A DNA stretch of 64,000 bases. Origin: Lepidodermella squamata. Taxonomy: Eukaryota; Animalia; Gastrotricha. The notes beneath the pieces were generated by a model that did no database searches, was not told the DNA's origin, and was given only the letters and a program-made list of their open reading frames with translations. Positions 37,141-49,248 of the stretch are shown piece by piece. The DNA lies in the NCBI GenBank assembly GCA_047495785.1, contig JBLDXI010000061.1:62001-126000 (forward strand), written 5' to 3'. Numbering within the stretch: the stretch's first letter is position 1; the number at the start of each line of letters is the position of its first letter. The position numbers and the translations under genes are program-made.

Positions 37141-38015
37141 AGCGGAAATCAACAAGATGCATTGTAGATTTAATAACTTTCCCAATTATTTGAATCCAGT
37201 AAGATAAAATGTATGAAAAATGATAAATATATCATCAAATTTATCAATATCTTCGGCAACCCTGAATTGCTTTCATGATGAATTTCGTTCGTAAATTGAT
37301 ATGATTTCGAAGACAGTATTATATTGGAGATTTTATTGGAAAAGTTCTAATCACAATGCCCAGGGTGCGAAGTACAGGGTGCTGGGGCAGCCAAGCTGCG
37401 ATTTGCAAACTACAGCAAGAAGAGGCGCAAGAAGGTTGGCTGAAAAAGCCACAGGGGGCTCTCTTTTCTTCCCTGGACTGGGCTTGGGAAAACATGCCTC
37501 CAGAATCCAACTTCCTACCTTGTGTTGTAGGCTCGCATGAATAAACATCTAGAATTTGGTGATAACAGTTCTTCGGCAAATCTGCTATTCTTCTGCCGGG
37601 ATTGGCTCATCCGGAAATTTTTGAAAATTCCAAGAAAATTAGTTTATCAATGTGGAGAATTTTCTCATTCCAACAATATCAAAAGTGTGCGGTAATGATT
37701 TTATTTTGATTTTCCGATATTTTTTGCTATTAATTATGCTGCGTATGAGCCAACCGCGGCAGAAGAACGGCAGATTTGCCGAAAAAGGACTAGTTGGTCA
37801 GTCGATTTATGGGCGGATAGGGCGTTCGGTGGCATAATAAATGGTCGCGTGCCGCGCTTCATGCAATAACAGCTCAAATAAATTCACTATAGGAAGATCG
37901 TTTGCTTCCTATCCGTTACAGTGATGTATATGAAGTGAAGCTAACCACTTGGTGTATAGAGTGCGCTTTTACTCTCATTGACACGTTTTATGTTTGAAAA
38001 TATCATTAAGACTAA

Positions 38016-41000
38016 ATGACCACGTTACTGATTGTTATAGGTAAATTCAACATTTCCGCTTCCTGTTGCTTCGAATCCTTTCGCCATTGACCTTGTATAA
38101 CTTGAATTCACGTTTTTCAAACTCAGTTTAATGTGAGACCAGTAACAGGAATTCGTTTGAGCCTCGTTCCTTTTTAAAATTCTGAATGAGGATGCGATTC
38201 ACGATCGCCTTAAACTGAATGATACAAACTTAAATCTGAGTTTACAACGCTAATGATATACTTATTGCCATCAAAGGATTCGCAAGCATCGGATTTGCCA
38301 CTGGCTGCTCTCCGAGCCCGCAAAAAAGCGCTCTTGTACGCTTCTTCTCATTAGCCTTTCCATAATTAAGCGTACCAACAAACCTTCAGGCGTGTAAGAA
38401 TGGTGCGACGTACGATTCTTCGGCTGATGCCTGTCGATGTGCGTATGGTTACTACGGAACACTATGCGAAGCATGTGAGTTCTAACACTTGAGAGCTCAT
38501 AGCTAGATTTTGGTGAATTGGGCCTAGATTGGTGTTCGGGCTGCAAAAACGGAGGGACTTGTAGCGGTCCTAATAATTGCAATTGCACGAGTGGCTGGCG
38601 TGGATCGACCTGCGAAGACTGTGAGTTGATGGCCTCCTATGGGTAAAATCAATTGCTCATTGTTTTCTGGATAGATTACTGCCCCGAGCTGAGGTGCCGG
38701 AACGGTGGTTTGTGCAACGGCCCTAACACTTGCTTCTGCCTGCCTCCCTGGCGAGGGTTGAGCTGCAATATATGTATGTTCGTCAAATTTATCATTCATT
38801 TTGACAAATCCCGTAATAACTGCCTGTCGCCAGGGGACAGACAGTTGTCGTAGACTGTCATAGTGCATTGTGCCAAGTGGAATATCACTTATTGCACCGC
38901 TGCGCATCATAATCGCGGCCTCATATTTTAGTGCTTTTTCCAACTACCAGCTCCGCGATCTCCAGTGTTCGGGGAAAACATGTTTCTTCCGACCAATGTC
39001 TTTTTATATCCGACCAATGTCTTATTTCATCCTACAACCAAAAATGTGACTAAAACCTGCCCAGTTGCTTTTTCATATTTTCAAAAAATTACAGTGAAAA
39101 AGTGACAGCTCGGATCGCCATAAATCCTTTCCCATAACATTCTGCCGGTTCAGGGGCCAAATTAGGGTGCATAAAAGGGGTACTTTCCTACGGAAAATTC
39201 GAACTCGGGGAATACGAGAAAATCGATATTTTCATGGCGGATGATTTTAGTCACAATTTTGGTTGTCGGATGAAGTAAGACATTAGTCGGATTAAAAAAG
39301 TCACACCCCAGTGTTCTTGATTAAACAAGCTCTCTTTGATTTGTGATTTCAGCCTTGTGTACGTTACGATGCGCAAACAACGGCATTTGTTTCTACGGCA
39401 ATCAGTGTACCTGCGTGAACGGCTACTTCGGCTCGCTCTGCACAGATTGTTAGACCATGACAATAAATTAATCTCAGTTCAATTATCTGTTTTGTTCTCC
39501 AGTTACTTGCGTTAAACCCTGCCAGAATGGCGGATCCTGCATCGCTCCGGACACGTGCAAGTGCGATGTTGGATGGAGGGGGCCTACTTGTTCAGAGAGT
39601 AAGGAGTTTCTTTAATACCAAACCACATTGAGGACGGAGTTACACGGGCCTGACCTGATGCGTTCGTACTGATTAAGTCGTTTTTGTATCATTTATAGTA
39701 TACTCGCATTTGAATCTCCTTTGAAATTCGAATTGTCTTCCCCTTGAGAATGTTAACATTTTCTTGTAGTCACCTGTTATCCGACTTGTGCGAATGGGGG
39801 TCGATGCTCCGGGCCGAATACTTGCACGTGTGCCGATGGCTGGACTGGAAAAAATTGTACCACACGTAATTTTTATTCCCAATCATTGTCATCGATTCGA
39901 AATGTTGTTTTTGGCTTGGTTTATTATGTTATTATCTAACTCTCGTTATAACGTGTATCGTGAATTTTACAGCTACCTGCACACCGGCTTGTCAAAATGG
40001 CGGCACCTGCCTCGGCGGCAACGTGTGCAAATGCGCGAATGGCTACGCAGGCTCAACGTGCTCAGATGGTATAGCAATAACAGTCGCTACAAGTTGGCAG
40101 CTCTTTTTGATAATTTTCTTATGACGCAGCTGTTTGCTCACCAACTTGCAAAAAGGGCCAATGCGCTGCTTCAAATGTGTGTTCTTGCGACTCAGGATGG
40201 ACTGGATCGGATTGCTCAATTTGTAAAGCCATATCTAATGTTTTGTCTATTCAATTTACTATTTATTTTATTCTGTAGCGGCCTGCTCATCGCCTTGTCT
40301 GAATGGAGGAACTTGTACAGGAACGAACAAGTGTATTTGCGTTAACGGATACACTGGAGCAACTTGCGCTGAATGTGAGTTTTCTTTCCTCGATACTATC
40401 CCTGTAGCTAGTGAATTTTCGATCATCCTAGATACTTGCTCACAAACGTGCAAAAATGGAGGTTCCTGTATATCACCGGACAAGTGCAGCTGCGGCGATC
40501 AATGGGCTGGCACAGACTGCAGCATACGTAAGTTGGAATAATTCACCGTGATCTGTAGTACATGCTTTTGGTCTGTAGCATTTGCACATCCTTTTCGAAT
40601 ATGCTGAGTGTAAATTTCTATTGTAATTTCAGCCAAGTGTACTCCGGACTGTGCAAATAGCGGCATTTGCTCCTCCGGCAATCTGTGTACCTGTGTGAAC
40701 AACTACTCCGGCTCGCGGTGCTCGCAATGTGAGATTAGCAATCTTTCAATTCCATTTCAAACCTATGATTTGTTCTTCAGTTTCCTGCATTAAAACTTGC
40801 CAGAATGGCGGTACCTGTACAGCCCCAAACACTTGCACTTGCGCTGCCGGATGGAAAGGAGAGGACTGCGCTACTCGTAAAGAGCTCATTTTGATGCTGG
40901 GCTAATTAACTGACGTTTCCATATTTCCCTAGCAATTTGTAATTCTCTGTGCCAGAATGGAGGGACTTGTATCGCTCCGAACACGTGCAAGTGTGATGGT

Positions 41001-41918
41001 GGATGGAGATGGCCTACTTGTTCTCAGAGTAAGAAGCTTCTTCAATGAAATGCAAAACTGATAAATGATTTTATTTGTCAGCAAAATACTATTTATCCTC
41101 TAGCCCAGCTAATTTTCGAGACGCCACTAATTACTGCGAGACATCGAGCAGTCGCGCTGCTGTGATTAACTCGCAAGGTGAATGGGAAAAGGCGAAGATC
41201 AGTTTGGGGAGTCAAAGCAAAGTTTGGCTTTCGCTATCGGCCGGCTTTCTCTGGATCTACGACAATTCGCCAGTTGGGTTGTCTAATATATGGGGAAGTG
41301 GCGAGCCGAGTGGCGACGGCAGTTGTAAGTTTTGATCAGCAGCTCTAGCTAGTCTACTTGCTTTTACTCTCTCAACTTCAGGCATGGAAGTTTTAGGTGG
41401 CGTGCAAGGCATAAACGATGAATCTTGCACCTCAAGTCGAAGTTCACTGTGCCAAGATCCAAGCAATGTGATGACTTTCTTGTTAATGAAAGTCCTCAAA
41501 TTTTGCTTTATTTTCTTAGGAAAATGACGTCACAGTTGTCGGCCCGGCTGGTATTTGGGATTCAGCCAAAGCAAAATGTGAAGCAGTGGGTCGAAAATTG
41601 GCAGTCTTGAGGACGAGAGCACTTGTTGATGCAATGTTGAGCTCATCAAGGAATGGGTGGATAGCCGGTAAGCGTTCCGATGGCAATAATTTCTACTGGT
41701 CCACGGGCGTCGCTGTCTCGCCGAGCAACGTCATTCCGCCGTGGGCTCCAGGCCAGCCTGAAATAAGCAATAACAAGCAATGTAAGTTGGCATCGTGGCC
41801 TTGCATTAATGTTGCGTTAATTCTGTTTTTTTCAGGCGTAACGATGGACACAACGGGTCAAATGACGGTAGAAAGGTGCAGCAACAGTAACTATGCGCTA
41901 TGCGAGTATACAAATTAA
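38016..41918 (+). CDS. Secreted EGF x~13 + 2 C-type-lectin-like domain protein (paralogue 3)
   Basis: Same leader exons and lectin exons. EGF exons at about 38390, 38528, 38675, 39353, 39503, 39770, 39973, 40130, 40280, 40432, 40633, 40781 and 40933. Confidence 0.85.
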
Positions 41919-42764
41919 CGAGAGAAGCAGAGGCAGCTGTGATGAGCCTTTGATAAATCCAAAAAGACAGGCTTTCAGCTTATTTCATTTTTTTACCACA
42001 CTTTACCCGCAATATTCTGTCAATATCTTCCAGCTCGTTTAGTATACTTTGAACGCACCGCTCATTTTAACAGTAAAAACATTAACGTTACTGGCAGAAT
42101 TGGTTTTCAATCATGTTCTCAAAATAACCAGAATTGCAAATTTGCATGAAAATATTTCATGCAAATTGACATTTTAAAGGAAGCATGTTGCTTTTTATGT
42201 GTAAAAAATGCATTTTTTCATGCGATTTTTTCGCATCAAAATTATTGATTTTTTTCCTGTCCAGCAGAAAAGTGGCTAGTGTCGAGTCCACACAGTATTA
42301 GTCCCGAGGCATCGGCCCATGCAACATGCAATTCAACTCCAGAACAGGTTCATCATCCAATTTGGCCAGACAAAAAATTGTTCATTCTTCGTGTGTAACA
42401 AGAATTTTGGTTTGCAATTTGGGCTCAATTGTCATTGAAGCAATCGATTCTTTGGAGAGTTGAACCTTCCGTAAGACATTGAACATTGAAGGCTTCCGTA
42501 AGCACGTTCTTGGTAATGTGATCTTGTGCGAGCGCTCCTCCCGGCATCCGTGGCAAGCTGAGCTGGAAATCGGTCTTCAAATGCAAAAGAAGAATCAGCT
42601 TCATTAGTAGCTACTATTCTAAGATTTTTGATATTCATTAGTACAGCAATGTACTTTTTAGTTCAATTTGCGGATGAAACCTAATAATGCACGTCTCAAC
42701 CGCGTGTCTCACTGCGAAGCATATAAATTCACCTTTCGATATACTAAAACATCCGAAATTATAA

Positions 42765-45631
42765 ATGTCAATTTCGCAAATAATTTTGATACTCGCCTCC
42801 TCTCTCGTTGTTAACGGCGAGCTTTCGAAATTGAGAATAGCCAATTTCATGCCATTTACTGGGTTGGAACCCAACCGGTGCCAAACATGCAAGGTTATGG
42901 CTGAACTAGTCATAGGGTTGGTCAACAATCGCAGCGACATTCTACCAAATTACAAAATCGAGCCTCAATTCATTGATGACAACAACGGACCAATGTTAGT
43001 TCGCCGTTTTCTCGAATTCGACAACCAGTTTAATGGGAACAAACTCGGTGAGAATACCTTCAAAGCTCCTGTTGTTGTTGGCCCAGTTAATTCTTGCGAG
43101 ATGATAGCTTCGTTTGTTAACAAGCTTGGATATGTTGAGATTGCTCAATGCGCATCAGATGGATTGAACAACCGAGCCCGTTTCTCGAATTTGTACCTAA
43201 TCCGACCTTTAGCAGCTCAAGCTTGGATATCTAGACTTCGTTTCATCGTCGATATTGGGAAATGGAGCTACTTCGCGCTGATTGTCAACGCGAACCAAGA
43301 GTATTCCGGGGCTAAACTCATGCAGAGGCTGGCGATTCTAAACGGTGTTCAAGTCTATCTCAACGCAGTCCCGGAATTCGATGACGACGCGGCCTTGGCC
43401 TTGAAGAAATCTGAAGCCCGCATAATCGCTCTTTATGCTGCGGGTTCGATGAATTATCAAGTCCTGTGTCGATGTTTCAATCTCGGAATGACTGGTCCGA
43501 GGTACGTTTTCATCCTATCCGGGAGCTCATTTGCAGATCCAAGGACTTTGCCAGCTGTAATCTACCCTGGATGTACAAGGGAGATGATTTTCACTCAGAG
43601 CCTCTACTCAATCATGGTTATGTCTCAAAGCATAACAGACGAGCCTTTCGTCAAGTCTGAGTTGGGCTTCAACCTGTTTGAAATGGATAAAATGTTGGAT
43701 TTATACACGAATAACTCGCGGCTTCCCGAATACGGGAACCGATACATATGCCATGATGCTACCCTTCAAAGCCTGCTATTGCTGAATCGGACGGAATATC
43801 GACTGGAAAGGATCGGGTTGAGCTTGCAGAATATCACCACCCACCCTGATTTGATTTCTAGAATAATTAATGAGTCGGCGGTGCGAATGAGTTACGTAGG
43901 CCTGAGAAAGAGCGGCCCGAGCTTTTACAGCCAGGATAGGGGTGAGATGATGGGCTCGAAATGGCCTGTGCTTCAATGGAACCCAACCGATGGCCTGAGG
44001 ACTATTTGGATGGTAGTTCAGTCCGAAACCAACGATTCCTGCAACGAACTCGCAATGTATTCAACTTATAGCGTTCTCAAATCGAAATGGCCAACATTGG
44101 ATGGGAAACCGCCATCGGACAGAGCTAAGATAAAACATGAAGTTCAGGAAGTTCACCTCGCGCTAAAAATCTCTATTTTCGTGCTAAGTGCAGGCTTAAT
44201 CACGGTTAAATTCGGTCTTTTTATAATAATTTCGCGCTACAAATCTCCAGACAAGTTCAGACGGATGCCATTTCTCTCGACATTGCAAATCGCTTTCCTT
44301 TGCCTCGCCGATATCTCAGCCATCATTTTCGCATCGGATGTCGATGAATCACGAATTATAGCAACCCACGTAGCTAGAGTTTTGACCCTCATGATCGGTC
44401 TAAGCCTATCGAACTTCTGCATGATTTTCCGGACAATGGCTACGAGTTCATTAGTGGCTAATATCAAGCAGAAGGCTGTAAGTGAGAGGGTTAAAACGAC
44501 CCCCAAAAAATCAAACCCGAGCCTTGGGAGAGCTAGTAATGGTACTTTGGTCGCTTTTCCCCAACTCAGTAACGACGACTTTTTTGCGAAAAAATTAAGC
44601 CAAAGAAAGTTCGTGCAACTCCAGAAGATATGTGCGCTGTTAACAGGGATAGGATTTGCTATTCTAGCTGCTTATGGAGCGATTTGGGAGAGTGTTGCCC
44701 CTACCAAGTGTGAAGGCATCACAATAACGCCTAGCCCGGTATATTTCGACGAAATCGATACTTACATATTCACCTCAGCCGTAAATTGTCACGGGGATTC
44801 TCAAGATATTTGGTCTCTTGTGATTCTCGGGGTTAATGTAGTGCTACTAGTTATCGGATGCTACTATGCCAGAAAAATGACTCGAGATACAAGGTTCATT
44901 TTGCACCATTGGGACTTCACGTATTTGCTCTATGGCAGGGCTTCTCAATACCTGACCCTCGGCGACCCCAAAATTTACATTCTCACCAGGCTGCGACCCC
45001 TACCGATTTTTTTTAATTTTTATGGTTTTTTGGTATAGCAAAAGATGCCTCAAATTAAGAAATTCTACGACAAAATGGTCAAATATTGCACAATTTCGAT
45101 CCATTTTTCTAAAAATTTCCTGAAACTTCTACATATATGAGGTTCGAAGCCGCATTTTCGACCGGTTTTAAGTCAAATATTGTGGGTGGCGAGCGAAGCG
45201 AGCTTTAGCTGACGCTATTTGTCACACATTTTCTGGAAGAGTGACCATAAAATGGATCAAATCTTCTAATTTTTTAGTTTTTTCAAAATGATCATTCGAC
45301 CCCCGCGACCCTTGGACCGGTCCGCGACCCCTCAAAAATTGGCCCGCGACCCCCGCGGGGGTCGCGACCCACCGTTTGAGAAGCGCTGCTCTATGGGATG
45401 ACGAATTGTATCATAACTATGTTAGCTTCCTGTCTGGTTTTGCTGGCTGTTCCCAAGAATCCGGTAACGATCAGGATTGTCGTGGCATTTTCTGCGATTT
45501 GGATATCAGCTACAACATCAGCTATTTGTTACTTGCCGTATCGAAGGAAACCAGCTCCAGTCAGTGGCGTAGCTGGCCTTTCGCGGATAGGAGGACATGT
45601 GTCTCGGAATTTAAACCAGCCAAGAACGTGA
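42765..45631 (+). pseudogene. Divergent class C GPCR (GABA-B-like, Venus flytrap + 7TM), intronless, interrupted by a MITE
   Basis: Signal peptide, VFT motifs (VNNRSDILPNYKI, LKKSEARIIAL, GMTGPRYVFI, WPTLDGKPPSDR) and TM helices. Removing 44936-45396 fuses YLLYG to MTNCIITML... in frame, restoring the last two TMs. Confidence 0.8.
44936..45388. mobile_element. hAT (Charlie-like) MITE in GPCR coding sequence
   Basis: TIR cagggcttctcaa / ttgagaagcgctg, 8-bp TSD ctctatgg (44928-44935, 45389-45396), subterminal cgaccc repeats. Confidence 0.92.
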
Positions 45632-46452
45632 TACCAGGCCCCGGCTAGTTACGCCCCTGCTATACGCTATAATACATACTGAATAATTTAAAGAAAAGCG
45701 TCTGCGCTTCACGGAGCGACACTTTTCCATTTTCTAACGCTTGAGCCGGGCTTTCGTCATTCGTTATTTCCTCTCAATCTATGAATGGGTTTGAAATTCC
45801 GATGGAAATCTGAACCGTTTATTGTTTTCCTGGTAGTCGTCCAATAAATTCAAAGTCCAAGTGAAAGTCTAAACCATGAGGCATTGGCAGGAACATCAAT
45901 TAGAGATTTTACTAATTCGTAACGCAGAAAAGAAGATCCGTTTTCACCCAATAAATCAGAAGCGTCTTCACGAACAACAAATGCTTATCGTCACGAACAG
46001 ACAGCCGTAATTAGCATTCATTCAGAAATAGGATCTAGGATCAATTAACAGAGTTCGTTCGCAGCAGAAAGCGTTTCGAAGCTGCAACGTGCAACGTAGC
46101 ACAGATAATTTTCAAACTTATCATCGAGACATTGGACACAGTCGTTGCAGTCATAAATCCGAAATTTTTGGCGTCGTGAAACAGCTACATAATCGCACCC
46201 TGCGCTGAATTTCCTAAGACTCAATGTTGATTTGATCCATCACAAATTCGGTGTCCATGCGGTTTGAAAGCTTTGCTATATAGGAGGGGTTCCTCAATCT
46301 CAACCTTTGCTGGTACTCGAATTTCTCGAATTTCAAAGGAAAGCGAAAATTTATGCAACAGATTCAAAATTCAAGTTTTATTTGGTTACTTTTTCACGCG
46401 GACTGATGTGAAAGATCTACGACTACCGGTCTATTTTTTATCAAACAATAAA

Positions 46453-47148
46453 TTAGTCAGAATATTCAGGAATAGGAATCGGCCTTGTTACTATTTCAAT
46501 TAGCTTCGGCCGTGGAGCGACGTACTTTTCCATAAAATCAGACGGCAAGCGCTCTGTCAACGAATACATCGACGTAGCAGTTTGAGGCCGCCATCTCTGT
46601 TTCGGTACATCATCCAACTCAGCCGGGCGTTGAATCGCTGCGATTTGCAGCGGAGACAATTGACTGTTTTGAGGCATCCAAATTACTACAGAATTCGTAC
46701 GATAAGGCGACTGGCTCGACCACGGCCTTCTCGGGCTGGTCGGTGGAGTCCTGCCATTTGTAAAGGGGCCTTTTTCCTGGATAGTTTTCGGCTTACCGCC
46801 TGGTCTTGGGGTAGAAACTCGCAGATTGCCGGGTGTGCTCATTCCAGTGATTGTCAAGGTGCTTTCAAGCCATTCAGTAGCATGTCTGTAGAAGCCCTGA
46901 GAGTGCCATGGGTCGAACATGTTGAGCCTTGCTCTAGTCAGCTGGACTTCTTTGTTCGATCTCGGAGTCGCAGATTTCACTGAATGCAAGCAAAACTACA
47001 GTTAGGTTTGAAATGAGAATCGGCAGTTACCTCGTCTCTGAGGGGTGAGCAATAACCGGGGTGAATATTGGATGGAAATTCGCTCCCTTCTCCTTATATC
47101 TTCTTCCTCCTCCGCTGTGAGGGGAACGATTCTGTTTATTGGCTGCAT
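46453..47148 (-). CDS. Two-exon orphan gene, Pro/Arg/Thr-rich protein of about 214 aa
   Basis: Exon 47148-47031 (MQPINRIVPLTAEEEEDIRRRER...) and a 51-nt GT-AG intron (47030-46980) join in frame to ORF 46979-46453. Confidence 0.6.
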
Positions 47149-47592
47149 TTTATGTAGACTGAAAAAGTGCGAGTAGAAACTGAGCAGCTGAATGCTGAAT
47201 AGATGTAGAGCGAATACTTATTTGTACGTGTGTGCTGTTGAATAGCCGCTTTTACAGGATACTCGTTGATGAGGGTCGCTATTCAGGAAATAGGTTTTCA
47301 GCAAGTTGAAAACATATCAATGCCGAAGAAACACACAAAACACCGTAAGAGGCAATTCTCTAATATCTTTAATCTCAAGTAATTTTTATTAGGTAAATAT
47401 CATGGAGGGGACACGTACCATTATGGCTCACTGCGAAAATGTGTCCAATTTTTGAAAAGAAAATTGTCCTCATACTGGAAATCTCACAGAATGTATTATT
47501 TAATTTATTAAGGTAACATTTCCCGAATATGATCTGATTAAAATTCTCAAAATTCTTACAAAAATTCCTGAAATTATTAGAAAAATAATGAA

Positions 47593-48981
47593 TTATGAGG
47601 TCATGAGACTCAAGTAAACAGCATCTGAAATAAGAATTCCCAAAAATACAACAGATCCAAATATCACATCAACCAGCCTCATTATTTGCAAACGAAATTT
47701 CCCAAGAATACTACATGTTTTATCCTCATATCTCTGCGAAAGAGGGACTGCTAACAAACAATACGCTGTCAAGCCAACTCCAGTTACAAATTTCACTGCA
47801 ACCATCCAAATAAGGTAAACATGTTCTGAGGTACGAGGTATGGATGAGAAAACCATGGATAATATCACTGAATTTGCGAGAACGACAGTTACCATGAACG
47901 CAGGCCGATCAGGTAGATCAGGCGGTAGGAGCAAACCTAAAATTTGCATGAGGAACATTGCCATTACAGGCACGAAAATGCTGTTAACAAAATAGAAATA
48001 ATTTCGAGTAAATTTCAGGTTGAAATACAGGCCCTGGTAAATTGTCCCATCAAATATTGGAACGTTGAGAATCGTGTAATTCAACGGCGTCTCTACAGAC
48101 CAAATATCAGTCTCGCCAATGAAAGCGTCCATAGAGCGAATTAGGACCGCGGAACTGGTTAGGATCGCCAAATTCGACATAAGGGTCCCCCCTTTGGTCT
48201 TTGAATGAGCTCACCGTACGGACCGATGGAACTGGTAGGGATGATCCCTACCATCCCTAGCGGTACTTCGCTCTCTGAAAGCGTCCTTACCAAGAACAAA
48301 CACGAAATCAATCCCAGAAAATGTGATGATATTCGCGGGAAATTCTGACGTAAGGGAAATACTACAGTCAACAAAGTCGAATGGGAATTTCTTGAACTGA
48401 AAGTCGCAATCTGAAACCAGCAGTCCAGAGGCACTCCAAACTGCCCGGCTGAAGCACATGTATAGGTCGATGAGGTTTGCCATTTCTTCGAAGGGTCGAG
48501 CCTTATTGTGGAAGTTAAGATGAACGATTCGGGGTCGCCATATTTCGTAGACGTTCCTCGGGAATGAGATCAGTTTGTAGTTCTCAGGCAGCATTTTGCC
48601 GTTGAAAATTGAGCTGCAAGGGTCTGGTGGGCACTGCAAGTCCCAGCTGAACTGGACGGATACCACTGCTGATAGTCTGGAAGTTCAAGCCATGATTTAG
48701 CCTCTAATTCTAGGAAATTTAGCAACAGCTTACGTTTGCTCAATATCATCGATGCCACTAAATCGGTAAAGCACTAGTTTAACCCCGACATTGATTGGGC
48801 CTGTAAAGTTATTGCGGAATTGCTGCTCTAAAGGTAGGTTTGTTGAAGTGGCAGTGGGGCATATTTCAATGAAAGCCCTCTCAAACTCGGCGGAAGTCCA
48901 GTTTTCGAAGGTCGATCCAGCTTCGAGAAATCTCATGGCTAAATTCATTATAAAACAGATCAGAGTCACAAAACGTTCCAT
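47593..48981 (-). pseudogene. Divergent Cys-loop ligand-gated ion channel subunit interrupted by a MITE
   Basis: Signal peptide, IDDIEQTL, IWRPRI, Cys loop CDFQFKKFPFDFVDC (C-x13-C) and four TMs (LPPDLPDR, IPRTS). Intron 48733-48677. An insertion with a stop lies at 48130-48277. Confidence 0.85.
48130..48277. mobile_element. 148-bp hAT-type MITE in channel coding exon
   Basis: TIR catagagcgaa / ttcgctctctg with 8-bp TSD aaagcgtc (48122-48129, 48278-48285). A related partial copy lies at about 18798-18888. Confidence 0.88.
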
Positions 48982-49248
48982 CGTCAAAATACGATGTGAA
49001 TCTCTGCACATGGTTGGGAATATGCCCTTCGTTTGTTCATCAATTATTCATTATAAAGCTGCTATGCTCTTCACCGGTTATGACTGATGATCGAATCAGG
49101 GATAAAAACAGTTAGAGCCCCGGCTTGTGAATTATTGACATTACAATTGACAAATTTGAACCCAATTTAAATGACAAAGAGGTTGATATAAACTTGGCGA
49201 CATCATTTGCGATAAGGCAGACCCCCTTATCAAACCCCAAGTGGAGAA

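Noticed and set aside
44926-45396. MITE acting as a precisely spliced introner in the GPCR
   Set aside because: No GT/GC...AG pair within the TSD window gives exact removal.
48130-48290. G|GTAAGG donor rescuing the channel gene
   Set aside because: The nearest plausible acceptor (ctaaccag) is in the wrong phase and leads to a stop.
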